The notes: generated by a model not told the origin, from the sequence alone. A stretch of 64,000 nt of DNA from [Archangium] primigenium (GCF_016904885.1 NZ_JADWYI010000001.1:7305224-7369223), one strand, 5' to 3'; counted from the first letter of the stretch, positions 1-9,719 are shown. Translations and numbers: made by a program.

Positions 1-350
1 GGCCTCGAGGTTCGCGGGCTCCGCGCGCCGGTCCGTGTCCAGGCCCACGGAGGTATAGAAGTGGTGGCTCGTGGCCCACATGCCGAGAAAGCCCAGGCAG
101 GGCGCCCAGGCGAGCCCTCGCCACCACTCACGTGCTCGCCCTTGATGTCCGCGCGTCCGACCACCCACCATGCCCGGACTGTAGCGCGGGCCTTCCCGGG
201 GCGGACGCCTTCCCGCTCGTCCGCCCTCCAGCGGTCCCGGAACGAGCGGCGCTGGCCCGTCGTCTTCTCCCGCATTCCCCCGCCCACTCCGTTACTGTGG
301 CCCGCGTCGCGCCCGCTCCTCGTCATGACGGGCCGCGTCAGGAGTCCTTC

Positions 351-1220
351 GTGAAGTCGTTCGTGATGGTCGCGGCGGGAGCCGCGCTCTGGGGGTGCTG
401 GTCCCTGTTCCTGCGGCCCGCCGGGCTGTCGGGTCCCCAGAGTGCCTGGCTCTCCATGCTCTTCATGGCGCTGCCCGCGCCCTTCGTGCTGCGCCGCGAG
501 GCGTTCCGGGATCGGCGCGCCACGGTGGCGCTCGGGGTGCTCGCGGTGTGTGACGCCGCGAACGCCGCGCTCTTCTTCGCCGCCATCCAGCGCGGTCCCG
601 TGGCCGTGGCCGTGCTCACGCACTACCTGGCGCCGCTGTTCATCGCGCTCGCGGCGCCGGTGCTCATCGGGGAGCGGCGCTCGATGCGGGCCGTGGTGGG
701 CGCGCCGCTCACGCTCGCCGGGCTCGCGCTGCTGTTGGGGGCGGCCCCGGGTGGCTTCTCCGACCCGCGCACGGCCCTGCTCGGGGGCGCCAGCGCCCTG
801 TTCTTCATGGCCAACGTGCTGGCCATCAAGGAGGCGGGCCGCGCGTTCTCGCCCCTGGCCATCAGCGCCCTGCACGCGCCCCTGTCCGCCGGGGTGCTGC
901 TGTTGGCGTTCGGACACGACGTGCTGCCCCCGGCGCTCGACGCGCGCGTGCTGTGGGTAGGCGGGGGCGCCCTGCTGTGTGGACTCGTGGGCAATTCGGT
1001 GTTCACCGCCGGACTGCGCCAGGTGCCCGCCGCCTCGGCCGCGGCGCTCACCTACCTGGAGCCCCTGACGGCGGCGCTCGTGGGCTGGCTCGTCTTCGGG
1101 GAGCGCCTGGGGGCCCCGGGGCTGCTCGGAGGGGTGCTGGTGCTCGTGGCCGGGGTCTGGGTGGCCAGTGAGGCGCGCGGGTCCCCACGCCCCGCGCCCC
1201 TGGCGCCCGAAGCGGGCTGA
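351..1220 (+). CDS. DMT/EamA-family membrane transporter
   Basis: About 10 predicted TM segments with two EamA-like halves (LTHYLAPLFIALAAPVLIGER motif). GTG at 351 lies 7 nt after GGAG. The longer ORF upstream from 132 is Pro/Arg-rich and looks like junk. Confidence 0.6.
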   Translation: MKSFVMVAAGAALWGCWSLFLRPAGLSGPQSAWLSMLFMALPAPFVLRREAFRDRRATVALGVLAVCDAANAALFFAAIQRGPVAVAVLTHYLAPLFIALAAPVLIGERRSMRAVVGAPLTLAGLALLLGAAPGGFSDPRTALLGGASALFFMANVLAIKEAGRAFSPLAISALHAPLSAGVLLLAFGHDVLPPALDARVLWVGGGALLCGLVGNSVFTAGLRQVPAASAAALTYLEPLTAALVGWLVFGERLGAPGLLGGVLVLVAGVWVASEARGSPRPAPLAPEAG

Positions 1221-1330
1221 CCCACAAATGGACGCCCTCCCTCAAATCCCCGCTTGCGCTCGGGGCCAGGGGAGTGGTCCTCTTTTCCCTTCCACCCCAC
1301 GCGTTCGCGCCACGGAAACGCTGTACCCGT

Positions 1331-1876
1331 ATGGAACCCTCCGTCGACAGCCGTGAGTACCGCGTCGTCTTCTTCTGCCCGACCTCGAGCGCGCAGCTCG
1401 AGCACATCGAGGCACCCGTGCGCCGCGTGCTCACGCGCATCTCGGCTCCCCCGGCGGAGCTCGCGCCGCTCGAGGCGGCCGGGACGCTCGGCGAGGCGGG
1501 CTGGCGCGTCTACCTGGTGCGCTCCATGACCGAGCGCTCCGCCGCGCTCGCGCTCGCCGCGCACGTGACCGAGGCCGCGGCCGCCATCTCCACCGAGCTG
1601 GACACCGAGGTGCTCGGGCTCTACGTGGACGTGGCGAGCGACACCGCGCGGGTGTGCCGCTGCATGCCCGAGGAGAACCCCGAGACGTTCTCCGGCCAGC
1701 GCCGCAACGTGCTGGATCGCACCGCCGAGTGGCTGGACATCAACCCCGCGCACCTCTCCGCGCTCTTCCAGCTCGCCCTGGACACGGACGAGGAGATGGA
1801 CGCGGAGGATCGCTTCGTGGAGACGAAGCTGCGCGAGGCGCGCGAGTTCATGCAGCGCTATCGCCAGCGGCGATGA
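1331..1876 (+). CDS. hypothetical protein
   Basis: ORF with coding-like composition. Its stop overlaps the start of the downstream DTW gene (ATGA). No recognisable domain. Confidence 0.4.
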   Translation: MEPSVDSREYRVVFFCPTSSAQLEHIEAPVRRVLTRISAPPAELAPLEAAGTLGEAGWRVYLVRSMTERSAALALAAHVTEAAAAISTELDTEVLGLYVDVASDTARVCRCMPEENPETFSGQRRNVLDRTAEWLDINPAHLSALFQLALDTDEEMDAEDRFVETKLREAREFMQRYRQRR

Positions 1877-2487
1877 GATCCCGGACGCCCGCGGATTTCG
1901 CGGGCCGCTGCCGGGACTGCTACATGCCGCTCGCGTTGTGCCTGTGCGCCGAGGTGTCTCGCGTGCACACGCGCACCGAGGTGGTGATCGTCCGCCACAA
2001 CAAGGAGACCCACAAGTCCACCAACACGGCGCGGCTGGCGGAGCTCATGCTCGAGCGCTGCCGCATCGTGACGTACGGCGCGCCGGGCGGGGACTTCGTG
2101 CCGGAGTCACTCGCCACGCCCCGGACGTGGATCGTCTTTCCCGAGGCCCCGCTCCCCGCGCCGGACGCGCCCCCACCCGAGCGGCTGCTGCTGCTCGATG
2201 GCAGTTGGGCCCAGGCGCGGCGCATGTACCAGCGCATCCCCGGGCTCCTGCGCCTGCCAGGCATCCGGCTGCCCCCGCCCGCGCCCGACTCGCGGCGCCT
2301 GCGCCAGCCGCCCCACCCCTACGGCATGTCCACCGTGGAGGCCATCGCGGGGGCGCTCGGCCTGCTGGAGGGCGAGGCCGTGGCGCGCCCGCTGCGCGCC
2401 CTGCACGAGGTGATGATCGACCGGGTGCTGGCCAGCCGGGGCGTGGGCACCGTGCCCGAGGTCGAGGACGACGGAGACACGCCGTGA
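1873..2487 (+). CDS. DTW-domain protein (tRNA-uridine aminocarboxypropyltransferase-like)
   Basis: N-terminal CxxC...CLC cysteine cluster and a DGSW (DTW-like) motif (LLLLDGSWAQARRMY). ATGA overlap with the upstream ORF. Confidence 0.6.
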   Translation: MRSRTPADFAGRCRDCYMPLALCLCAEVSRVHTRTEVVIVRHNKETHKSTNTARLAELMLERCRIVTYGAPGGDFVPESLATPRTWIVFPEAPLPAPDAPPPERLLLLDGSWAQARRMYQRIPGLLRLPGIRLPPPAPDSRRLRQPPHPYGMSTVEAIAGALGLLEGEAVARPLRALHEVMIDRVLASRGVGTVPEVEDDGDTP

Positions 2488-3038
2488 GCGACGCGCCCCG
2501 CGAGTGGATCGTCTTCGACTACACCATGGAGTCGCTGCTGCGGGTGCTGGGCCAGCCCCTGCTGCCCGAGCACGTGGCGGGGCTGATGGCGCTCGGGGTC
2601 AACCCGCGCCGGCTCGAGCCCGCCTTCCCGGTGGCGGTGTACATCCGGGTGCTCGACTTCATCGGCCAGCAGCTGTGGCCCGGGCTCTCCCGGGAGGAGG
2701 CCGCCTTCGCGGTGGGCCGGGCCTTCATGGTCGCCTACCGGCAGACGCTGATGGGCAAGGCGGTGTTCTCCATCACGCGGGTCATCGGGCCCCACCGGGC
2801 GCTCGACCGCATGAGTCGCAACTTCCGCAGCGCGAACAACTACACCGAGACCCGCCTGACCCCGCTGGGCCCCAACCGCTACGCGCTGTGGTTCAACCAC
2901 GCGACGAACACGGGCTTCTTCCGGGGACTGCTCACCGAGGCCCTGGAGGGCATTGGCGTGCGGGGGCTGAGCGTGACGCTGATGGACAGCGGCGGGCAGG
3001 AGCCGGGCGCCACCTTCCTGGTGTCCTGGTCGGAGTAG
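2484..3038 (+). CDS. TIGR02265/DUF2378-family protein (myxobacterial paralog family)
   Basis: GTGA overlap with the DTW gene. The sequence (VLDFIGQQLWPG...AFMVAYRQTLMGKAVFSITRVIG...) is clearly homologous to a second in-window paralog at 41974..42594. Confidence 0.55.
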   Translation: MSDAPREWIVFDYTMESLLRVLGQPLLPEHVAGLMALGVNPRRLEPAFPVAVYIRVLDFIGQQLWPGLSREEAAFAVGRAFMVAYRQTLMGKAVFSITRVIGPHRALDRMSRNFRSANNYTETRLTPLGPNRYALWFNHATNTGFFRGLLTEALEGIGVRGLSVTLMDSGGQEPGATFLVSWSE

Positions 3039-3065
3039 CGCCCCGGCGAGGACCGGGGCCCGCAA

Positions 3066-3112
3066 AGAGCGAGGCCCGCCTCCCGGTGCCTCGCGGCGAC
3101 GGGAAGCGGGCC
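3066..3112 (+). terminator. stem-loop terminator after the DUF2378 gene
   Basis: GAGGCCCGC...GCGGGCCTC, a perfect 9-bp inverted repeat, 28 bp past the stop codon. Confidence 0.4.
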
Positions 3113-3394
3113 TCGTAGAATCCCGCCTGCCCCCCGGCACACGGGAACCCGGAGGCGGAGGGGCCACGCACGTGGTCCACCACACCCGGGAGCGGGTCGC
3201 CACCGCACGAGCCCCCTCGTCCGGAACGGCCTTCCTTTGTTCTGGAACGCACCCTCTCACGGCCCCCCGCCGCCGCGCTGTGAAGCCCTTCACTCGATTC
3301 CTGTGAGGTGCGTCACCCCCGCTGTCACCCTCCGTGCGGCCCCGCCTCCACTCCGCCCTTCGGGGACCGGGGCGGCTGCGCTAGCGTGCCCGCC

Positions 3395-5626
3395 ATGCCG
3401 CGCACCCTGTCCTTCCGTGGTTTCCTAACCCTGGGCCTCGTGGCCTGGACGGCCTCGGCGGCGCCCGCCGCTCCCGCCCCGGCCCTGCCCTCCGCCGAGG
3501 AGCGCCTGGCCCACCTGGCCCGGCTCTGGGGTCAGGTGAAGTACCGCCACCCGGCCCTGGCCTCCCGGGACATCGACTGGGACGCGGCGCTCGTGGCCGC
3601 CCTGCCCCAGGTGGAGGCCGCCGGGGACGCCGACGCCTACGCCCGCGCGGTGCAGGAGCTGTTGGAGACGCTCAAGGATCCCGCCACGCGCGTGCTCCGT
3701 CCGGAGGAGGCCGCTCCGGCCGAGGACACGGGAGCCTCTGGCGCGGGCCGCGAGCAGGCCGCGCGCTGGGCCGCCAAGGACGTGCTCCTGCTGGACCTGG
3801 GCGCGCCGTGGACCGAGACGCCCCGGAGCGAGCTGGCGCGCGCCAAGGCCGTGCTCGTGGACCTGCGGGCCCGGGGCCTGGACGCCCGCGCCCCCGAGCG
3901 CATGGCCCAGGCGCTCGGCGGCGTGCTGCCGCTGCTCCTGACCCAGCCCCTGCAGGTGCCCGGCTCGCGCTCGGTGTTCCACTCGGGCCACCGCGCGCAC
4001 ACCCTGCCCGCCGACGGCCGCTACACGAGCGCGCTGCTCACCACCTCGGGCGAGGTGGTGCCGCCCCAGGGACAGGGCAAGCCCCGGCCCATCCTCTTCG
4101 TGCTGGACGACCGCTCGCCCGTGGACGCGCGCGTGCTGACGATGAAGGCGCAGGGCCTGGCGCAGGTGCTCACCGAGGGCCGGCTGGATGACGGCGCGAG
4201 CGCCGAGACGACGCGGGTGGAGCTGGGCGCGGGGCTGGTGGCCAGCGTGCGCCTGAGCGAGCTGGGCGTGCCGCTGCGCGCCGACGCCGTGCTGCCCCGG
4301 CGCGCCCGGAGCGAGGGCAAGGACGACACGCTGCAGAAGGCGCTGGAGCTGGCGCGCAAGCCCGTGCGCAAGGTGAAGGTGCGCGAGGTGGAGCTGCCCC
4401 CGGGCCGCTGGCGCACGGACAACGCCTACCCGGACATGACGTACCCCACGCGCGAGTACCGCCTGCTCGCGCTCTTCCGGCTGTGGAACGCCATCGAGCT
4501 GTTCTACCCCTACAAGCACCTGATGGACGGCGACTGGGACGATGCCCTGCGCGCCGCCGTGCCGCGCTTCGCGGGCGCCCAGGACGCCGCGCAGTACGCG
4601 CTCGCCGTGGCCGAGCTGAGCACGCGCCTGCAGGACGGCCAGGTCACCCTCGCGGGACACCCGGAGCTGGAGCGGCGCGGCATCTCCGGCAGCCCCGCGC
4701 CCTTCGAGGTGCTGGAGCTGGAGGGCAAGCCGGTGGTGGTGCGCGTGGGCGACGCCGAGGCCGCCTCGGGCCTCAAGCGGGGCCAGATCGTCGAGACGCT
4801 CGACGGCCAGCCCCTCGCCCAGCGCCTGGAGGCCCTCAAGCCCTACGTCACGGCCTCGCAGGGCACGGCGCTGCGCCAGCGGCTGTGGACCCAGGCGCTG
4901 TCGGGCCCGGACGGCTCCCAGGCCACGGTGGGCGTGCGCGACGCGGACGGCCAGCTCAAGCAGGTGCGCTTCACCCGGGGCCCGCGCCGGGAGTCCCCCT
5001 CGGGCGAGGCGTGGCGGATGGGCCCGGACAACATGGGCTACGTGGACTTGACGCGGCTGCGGCCCACCGAGGTGGCCGCCCTGTTCGAGAAGATGAAGAA
5101 CACCCGGGCGCTGGTGCTCGACCTGCGCGGCGCCTCCCCGGGCACGCGCTGGGCCCTGACGCCCTTCCTCACCACGCGCAAGGCGCGCCACGGCGCGGTG
5201 CTCGAGCGCAACCTCGTGTCCGCGGACCACACGGGCCGCTACAAGTTCTCCGAGGAGCTGCCCCCTGCCGGCGCGGCGCCCTACCGCGGCCGCACCGTGC
5301 TGCTCATCGACGAGCGCACCCTCGGCGCGGCGGAGGACACGGGCCTGTTCCTGGAGGTCGCCAACGGCACCACGTTCGTCGGCGCGCCCAGCGCGGGCGC
5401 CACCGGCGGCGTGACGGACCTGGTGCTGCCCGGCGGCATCTCCCTGCGCTTCTCCGGCGAGGACGTGCGGCACGCGGACGGCCGGCAGTTGCAGCGCGTG
5501 GGCCTCAAGCCCCAGCTCTACGCGCGGCCCACGCTGGCGGGCCTGCGCGCGGGCAAGGACGAGGTCCTGGAGCAGGCCTACGGCTGGCTCAAGGGCAAGG
5601 GCGGCCCGGTGGGCGCGCCCCGCTAG
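3395..5626 (+). CDS. secreted S41-family (tail-specific/C-terminal processing) peptidase with PDZ-like region
   Basis: Signal peptide MPRTLSFRGFLTLGLVAWTASAAPAAPA. The C-terminal region (VLLIDERTLGAAEDTGLFLEVANGTTFVGAPSAGATGG) is typical of the S41 catalytic domain. A PDZ-like segment (GQIVETLDGQPL) is present. Confidence 0.6.
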   Translation: MPRTLSFRGFLTLGLVAWTASAAPAAPAPALPSAEERLAHLARLWGQVKYRHPALASRDIDWDAALVAALPQVEAAGDADAYARAVQELLETLKDPATRVLRPEEAAPAEDTGASGAGREQAARWAAKDVLLLDLGAPWTETPRSELARAKAVLVDLRARGLDARAPERMAQALGGVLPLLLTQPLQVPGSRSVFHSGHRAHTLPADGRYTSALLTTSGEVVPPQGQGKPRPILFVLDDRSPVDARVLTMKAQGLAQVLTEGRLDDGASAETTRVELGAGLVASVRLSELGVPLRADAVLPRRARSEGKDDTLQKALELARKPVRKVKVREVELPPGRWRTDNAYPDMTYPTREYRLLALFRLWNAIELFYPYKHLMDGDWDDALRAAVPRFAGAQDAAQYALAVAELSTRLQDGQVTLAGHPELERRGISGSPAPFEVLELEGKPVVVRVGDAEAASGLKRGQIVETLDGQPLAQRLEALKPYVTASQGTALRQRLWTQALSGPDGSQATVGVRDADGQLKQVRFTRGPRRESPSGEAWRMGPDNMGYVDLTRLRPTEVAALFEKMKNTRALVLDLRGASPGTRWALTPFLTTRKARHGAVLERNLVSADHTGRYKFSEELPPAGAAPYRGRTVLLIDERTLGAAEDTGLFLEVANGTTFVGAPSAGATGGVTDLVLPGGISLRFSGEDVRHADGRQLQRVGLKPQLYARPTLAGLRAGKDEVLEQAYGWLKGKGGPVGAPR

Positions 5627-7042
5627 CTAGTCGACCTTCTTCATCTCCTCCACGAAGGGACGGGCCTTGAGAAAGCCCGTCACCCGCGGCGCGCGCAGGC
5701 TCTCGCCCTTGGACGAGACGAACGCCACCGTGGGCAGGCCCTCCACCTCGAAGCGCTCCATCAGCGCGTCCAGGGCGTCGCTCGCCCGCGTGGCGTCCAC
5801 CTTCACGTTGAGGAAGCGCTCGGACTCGGAGATGACCTCCCCGGCCGGGTACGTCTCCCGGTCCAGCTCCTTGCAGGCCGCGCACCAGTCCGCGAAGAAG
5901 TCGATCATCACCGGCTTGCCCTCGCTCCGGGCGCGCACGAGCAACTGCTCGAAGGCCTCGGGGGAGAACTCCTGGCCGTGCGCGGGCAGCACCGCGCTCC
6001 AGGCGAACGTGGGCGCCCGGGCCGGCTCGGCCCACCCGAGCTTCACCCAGAGCTCGCCCGCGCCCTTCTCGTCCAGGGCCCCACCGCGCAGGACGAGCGC
6101 CAGCACCACCAGCGACACCCCGAAGGTCTTGAAGGTGAAGTCCCGGGGCCCCTCCTTGAAGGACAGGTGGATGGCGCCCAGCACCACGCCCAGGCCCGCG
6201 AGCCCCGCGGCCAGGACGGTGCCCGGCGTCTGGCCCACCTGCGCGAGCACGCCCTTGAGCGCCCCGCCCACCGCCGGGAACGCGTCCTTGAGGTAATTGA
6301 AGGCGAGCGCCACCAGGACGATGCCCAGCACGCTCTTCACCCACTCCATCCACACCCCGCTGCGCGGCAGGCGCACGGTGAAGACGCCAATGAGGAAGAA
6401 GGGCACGCCGATGCCCAGCGCGTAGACGAAGAGCAGCGCCGCGCCGAGCCCGGTGCTCTGCGACTTGGCCACGAAGGCGAGCAGCCCCGTGAGCACGGGC
6501 CCGGTGCACGGCGCCGCGAGGAAGCCGGACACGCTGCCCATGAGGAAGGCGCCCGTCACGCCCGAGCCACCCACCGTGGTGAGCCGCTCCTGCACGGCGC
6601 TCGGCAGCGCCAGCTCGAAGGCGCCGAACATGGAGCACGCCAGCGCCAGGAGGAACACCGCGAGCCCCGTCACCACCACGGGACTGCCCAAGAGCGAGCC
6701 GAAGGCCTGGCCCGTCTTGGCCGCCAGCACGCCCAGGGCGCTGAACACCACGCCCATGCCGACGATGTAGGCGCTCGTCAGCAGCAGCGCCTTGCCCCGG
6801 CCCTCCGCCTGCCGCGCGCCGAAGACGGACACGGTGATGGGGATGAGCGGATAGACGCACGGCGTCATCGCGGTGAGCAGGCCGCCGGCGAACACCACCG
6901 CCGCGCCCAGCGCCAGACTGCCCGACTCCAGGAAGCGCGCCGCGTCCAGCCCCGCGCTCGGCCCGGTGGGCACCAGCCAGGGAATGACCGCCACGCCCAG
7001 GGCCATCACCGCCGCGAGGCCCACCTTCTTCTTCGTGTCCAT
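5627..7042 (-). CDS. thiol:disulfide interchange protein, CcdA-like membrane domain fused to C-terminal thioredoxin (DsbD beta+gamma-like)
   Basis: Multiple TM segments with paired Cys (MTPCVYPLIPI, LAAPCTGPVL) and a C-terminal thioredoxin fold with a WCAAC motif (FFADWCAACKELD). Start taken at MDTKKK. Confidence 0.7.
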   Translation of the reverse strand: MDTKKKVGLAAVMALGVAVIPWLVPTGPSAGLDAARFLESGSLALGAAVVFAGGLLTAMTPCVYPLIPITVSVFGARQAEGRGKALLLTSAYIVGMGVVFSALGVLAAKTGQAFGSLLGSPVVVTGLAVFLLALACSMFGAFELALPSAVQERLTTVGGSGVTGAFLMGSVSGFLAAPCTGPVLTGLLAFVAKSQSTGLGAALLFVYALGIGVPFFLIGVFTVRLPRSGVWMEWVKSVLGIVLVALAFNYLKDAFPAVGGALKGVLAQVGQTPGTVLAAGLAGLGVVLGAIHLSFKEGPRDFTFKTFGVSLVVLALVLRGGALDEKGAGELWVKLGWAEPARAPTFAWSAVLPAHGQEFSPEAFEQLLVRARSEGKPVMIDFFADWCAACKELDRETYPAGEVISESERFLNVKVDATRASDALDALMERFEVEGLPTVAFVSSKGESLRAPRVTGFLKARPFVEEMKKVD

Positions 7043-7141
7043 GAGGCTCCTTCGACCGCCAGGAGCCCCTTTATACCCAGGCCCGGGCCGGGAGGAACGC
7101 GCCACGCGGCACGCTCCCCCGGCTGGTGGCCCTCCCGCGCC

Positions 7142-7444
7142 TCAGCGCGCGCCGAACGTCTTCACCATCTTCGTGTACACGCCCATGATGAGCAGCGGCG
7201 CCACCCACATGCCGGTGAACCGGGCGGCGCGCTCGCGGCCGGTGAGCTCCGCGCCCAGCGAGAAGGCCATGCAGCAGAAGCTCGCGAAGAGGAACACGTC
7301 GGAGGGCACCTTGGCCGCCTGCTGCTCGAGCAGCAGCGTCAGCGAGCTCTCCGTGTGCTCCGCGCGCATCACCGTGGCGGCCCGGTAGTCCTGCTTCGAC
7401 TTCTGGCTCGCCGGATTGACGTCCTGCCTCACGTTCACGGTCAT
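7142..7444 (-). CDS. small membrane protein, hypothetical
   Basis: 100-aa ORF with two hydrophobic segments. Start at MTVNVRQ. Weak support. Confidence 0.35.
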   Translation of the reverse strand: MTVNVRQDVNPASQKSKQDYRAATVMRAEHTESSLTLLLEQQAAKVPSDVFLFASFCCMAFSLGAELTGRERAARFTGMWVAPLLIMGVYTKMVKTFGAR

Positions 7445-7545
7445 TCCCACCCTCCCCACCCGTCTGGCGGAGCCGCCTGGGCTCCGTGCGCCCCCGGGCG
7501 CCGGTGAGCAATATGTGCTCCGTCAACGTGGACGGGGAGGTGGGG

Positions 7546-8163
7546 ATGGAGGGCGTGCAGGCGAACGAGCGGCTCCAAGACGGATTGCAGTGCGCGACGG
7601 ACGGGGCCGGCCCCCTGCTGCAGCGGGACTACTGGGCCCTCATCGAGCGCAGCCGGTACACCCCCGAGGAGGTGATGGAGTTCGTGTCCGCGCGCTTCCC
7701 CGAGTTCCCCCCCGAGGCGCTGGTCGTCTTCGAGCGGCTGGGCGGGGGAGACGGGCCGCTGGAGGTCGGCGAGGAGCTGAAGGTGGACATCCGGGGCGCG
7801 GGCGAGTGTCGGGTGCGCATCATCCACCGGGACGCCCAGAGCTTCACCATCGCCACCCTGCCGGGACACCCCGAGGCGGGCCGCATCACCTTTGGCGCCT
7901 ACCGGAATGACGAGGGCGACGTCATCTTCCACATCCGAAGCCGGGCGCGCTCCGGCTCGGGGATCATCTACCTGGGGTTCTACAGCGGCGGCGAGGCCAT
8001 GCAGACGAACACCTGGACCGACTTCGTCAACAACGTGGCGCTCACGTGTGGCGAGGGCGTCATCGGCTTCATCCACGCGGAGACCACCGTGATGGAGAAG
8101 GCGCACGAGGACGCGGACGACATCCAGGGACCCACCTATCTCGCGCGTGGAGACGAGGCATGA
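7546..8163 (+). CDS. DUF1990-family protein
   Basis: Recognisable DUF1990-like sequence (GHPEAGRITFGAYRNDEGDVIFHIRSRARSGSGIIYLGF). Stop overlaps the next gene's start (ATGA). Confidence 0.5.
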   Translation: MEGVQANERLQDGLQCATDGAGPLLQRDYWALIERSRYTPEEVMEFVSARFPEFPPEALVVFERLGGGDGPLEVGEELKVDIRGAGECRVRIIHRDAQSFTIATLPGHPEAGRITFGAYRNDEGDVIFHIRSRARSGSGIIYLGFYSGGEAMQTNTWTDFVNNVALTCGEGVIGFIHAETTVMEKAHEDADDIQGPTYLARGDEA

Positions 8164-9395
8164 CGAACGTCGAGTGGCGTTGGAAGTCGGGCTGGTCGGA
8201 CCCGGAGCTGCTGTCCCGACTGGGCCGGGCCACCACCCTCCCCCTCAACTTCGAGGGCGAGGAGAAGGGCATGACGGCCGAGAACGGCTGGAGCGTGGTG
8301 GAGTCCCAGGCCGTCATCGGCGTGGACAAGCCGGGCCCGCCCAAGGGGGAGGACGGCTTCGCGCTGCTCAAGCACGCGGTGACGGAGCTGGGCTTCTCCG
8401 ATCCGCGCATCGTGCGTGGCCACTTCGACAGCGCCATGCCCCTGCTCGGCCGCCCCATGCTGTTGGAGCTGCGCCCGCTGCGCTTCCTGCGCTACCTGTG
8501 TCCGGTGCGCGTGCGGGCCGTGCGCTCCGAGCAGGACGAGACCCACACGGCCTACGGCTTCAGCATCGACACGCTCGCCGGGCACGTGGAGTCGGGCCGG
8601 GAGTGGTTCCTGTTGAGCAAGGACCACCGCACGGGTGAGCTGCGCTTCCACATCCGGGCCACGTGGCGCGAGGGCGAGTTCCCCAACTGGTGGAGCGCGG
8701 TGGGCTTCGAGGTGATGGGCCGCCGCTACCAGCGCGCCTGGCACCACCTGGCGCACCTGCGCCTGCGCGAGCTGCTCGCCAAGGGCCACCTGGCGGCGCA
8801 CCCCTCGGGCGAGACGATGCAGGACACGCCGCTGGAGGTGAGCCGGCTGCCGGTGCAGTTCCACTCGCAGCGCGGCATGAGCCGGGCGCTGGCGAAGGTG
8901 GAGCACGAGGCGGAGAGCGAGCGGGGCCAGGACTGGCTGACGACGGTGGGCTTCGGGGTGCTCGCGGGCATGCGGAGCATGAGCGCGCCGGCGGTGCTCG
9001 CCTACCAGTACTCGGTGGAGCCCAAGGCGGTGCCCGGAGGCTGGGGCGAGCGGGTGCCGTGGAAGAAGACGGCGGCGGTGCTGGGCGTGCTGGCCGCGGG
9101 CGAGCTCGTGGCGGACAAGACGCCGTGGATTCCCGCGCGCATCGCGCCGCCGGCGCTGCTGGGCCGGGTGCTGTCGGGCGCGCTGACGGGCGCGGCGGTG
9201 GCGGCGCCGGGCCGCAAGCTGTCGCCGACCCGCGCGGTGGTGGGCGCCACGGCGGCGGTGGTCGCGACGCTGGGCTTCTACACCCTGCGCCGCTTCGCCA
9301 CGCGCCGCCTGGGCGTGCCCAACGTGGTGGCGGGCCTCATCGAGGACGCCGCGGCCGCCGCGATGGGCGGTAAGCTCTTCGCCTCGCTGCGCTGA
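8160..9395 (+). CDS. fusion protein: DUF1990-like N-terminal domain + DUF4126-like C-terminal membrane domain
   Basis: The N-terminal half resembles the upstream DUF1990 protein (GHFDSAMPLLGRPMLLELRP..., ELRFHIRATWREGEFPNWW). The C-terminal 150 aa are hydrophobic and Gly/Ala-rich (TAAVLGVLAAGELVADKTPWIP...), DUF4126-like. Confidence 0.5.
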   Translation: MTNVEWRWKSGWSDPELLSRLGRATTLPLNFEGEEKGMTAENGWSVVESQAVIGVDKPGPPKGEDGFALLKHAVTELGFSDPRIVRGHFDSAMPLLGRPMLLELRPLRFLRYLCPVRVRAVRSEQDETHTAYGFSIDTLAGHVESGREWFLLSKDHRTGELRFHIRATWREGEFPNWWSAVGFEVMGRRYQRAWHHLAHLRLRELLAKGHLAAHPSGETMQDTPLEVSRLPVQFHSQRGMSRALAKVEHEAESERGQDWLTTVGFGVLAGMRSMSAPAVLAYQYSVEPKAVPGGWGERVPWKKTAAVLGVLAAGELVADKTPWIPARIAPPALLGRVLSGALTGAAVAAPGRKLSPTRAVVGATAAVVATLGFYTLRRFATRRLGVPNVVAGLIEDAAAAAMGGKLFASLR

Positions 9396-9401
9396 ACCCG
9401 C

Positions 9402-9434
9402 GAGGCCCCGCCGTCCATCCAGCGACGGGGCCTC
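9402..9434 (+). terminator. hairpin terminator after the DUF1990-DUF4126 gene
   Basis: GAGGCCCC(GCCGTC)...(GACGG)GGGCCTC inverted repeat 7 nt after the stop codon. Confidence 0.4.
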
Positions 9435-9443
9435 GGGAGGACG

Positions 9444-9719
9444 TCAGTTGCCAAATTCAGCATCGAACGCGGCGATTGCCTCCTCGATGGAAGCAGACGG
9501 TCCAGAGCGCTGCTCTGGAGCCTCCTCACAAAAGAACTCCCAGAGCTGTCGCTCATGCTGGCGCATCGCGTCCGAGTCCACGGGCAGCCGGATCCAGTCG
9601 GCGCTTTGAACGACAAAACCACCTTCCGGAATCAGTTCGAAGCAGCGATAGACAATCGCTTTCTCGGCACTGATGCGACGGAAGACATTGATCAGCTTGT
9701 ATAACCTTGAATCATTCAT
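9444..9719 (-). CDS. small hypothetical protein in a low-GC patch (likely horizontally acquired)
   Basis: 91-aa ORF in a roughly 55% GC segment, against about 70% flanking. No recognisable domain. Confidence 0.35.
   Translation of the reverse strand: MNDSRLYKLINVFRRISAEKAIVYRCFELIPEGGFVVQSADWIRLPVDSDAMRQHERQLWEFFCEEAPEQRSGPSASIEEAIAAFDAEFGN

Noticed and set aside
1-120. Possible 5' end of a minus-strand gene running off the window start (MWATSHHFYTS...)
   Set aside because: Too short and without recognisable features to support a call.
3425-5473. 682-aa minus-strand ORF
   Set aside because: Antisense shadow of the S41 peptidase gene in 70% GC DNA, with His/Arg/Gly-rich junk composition.
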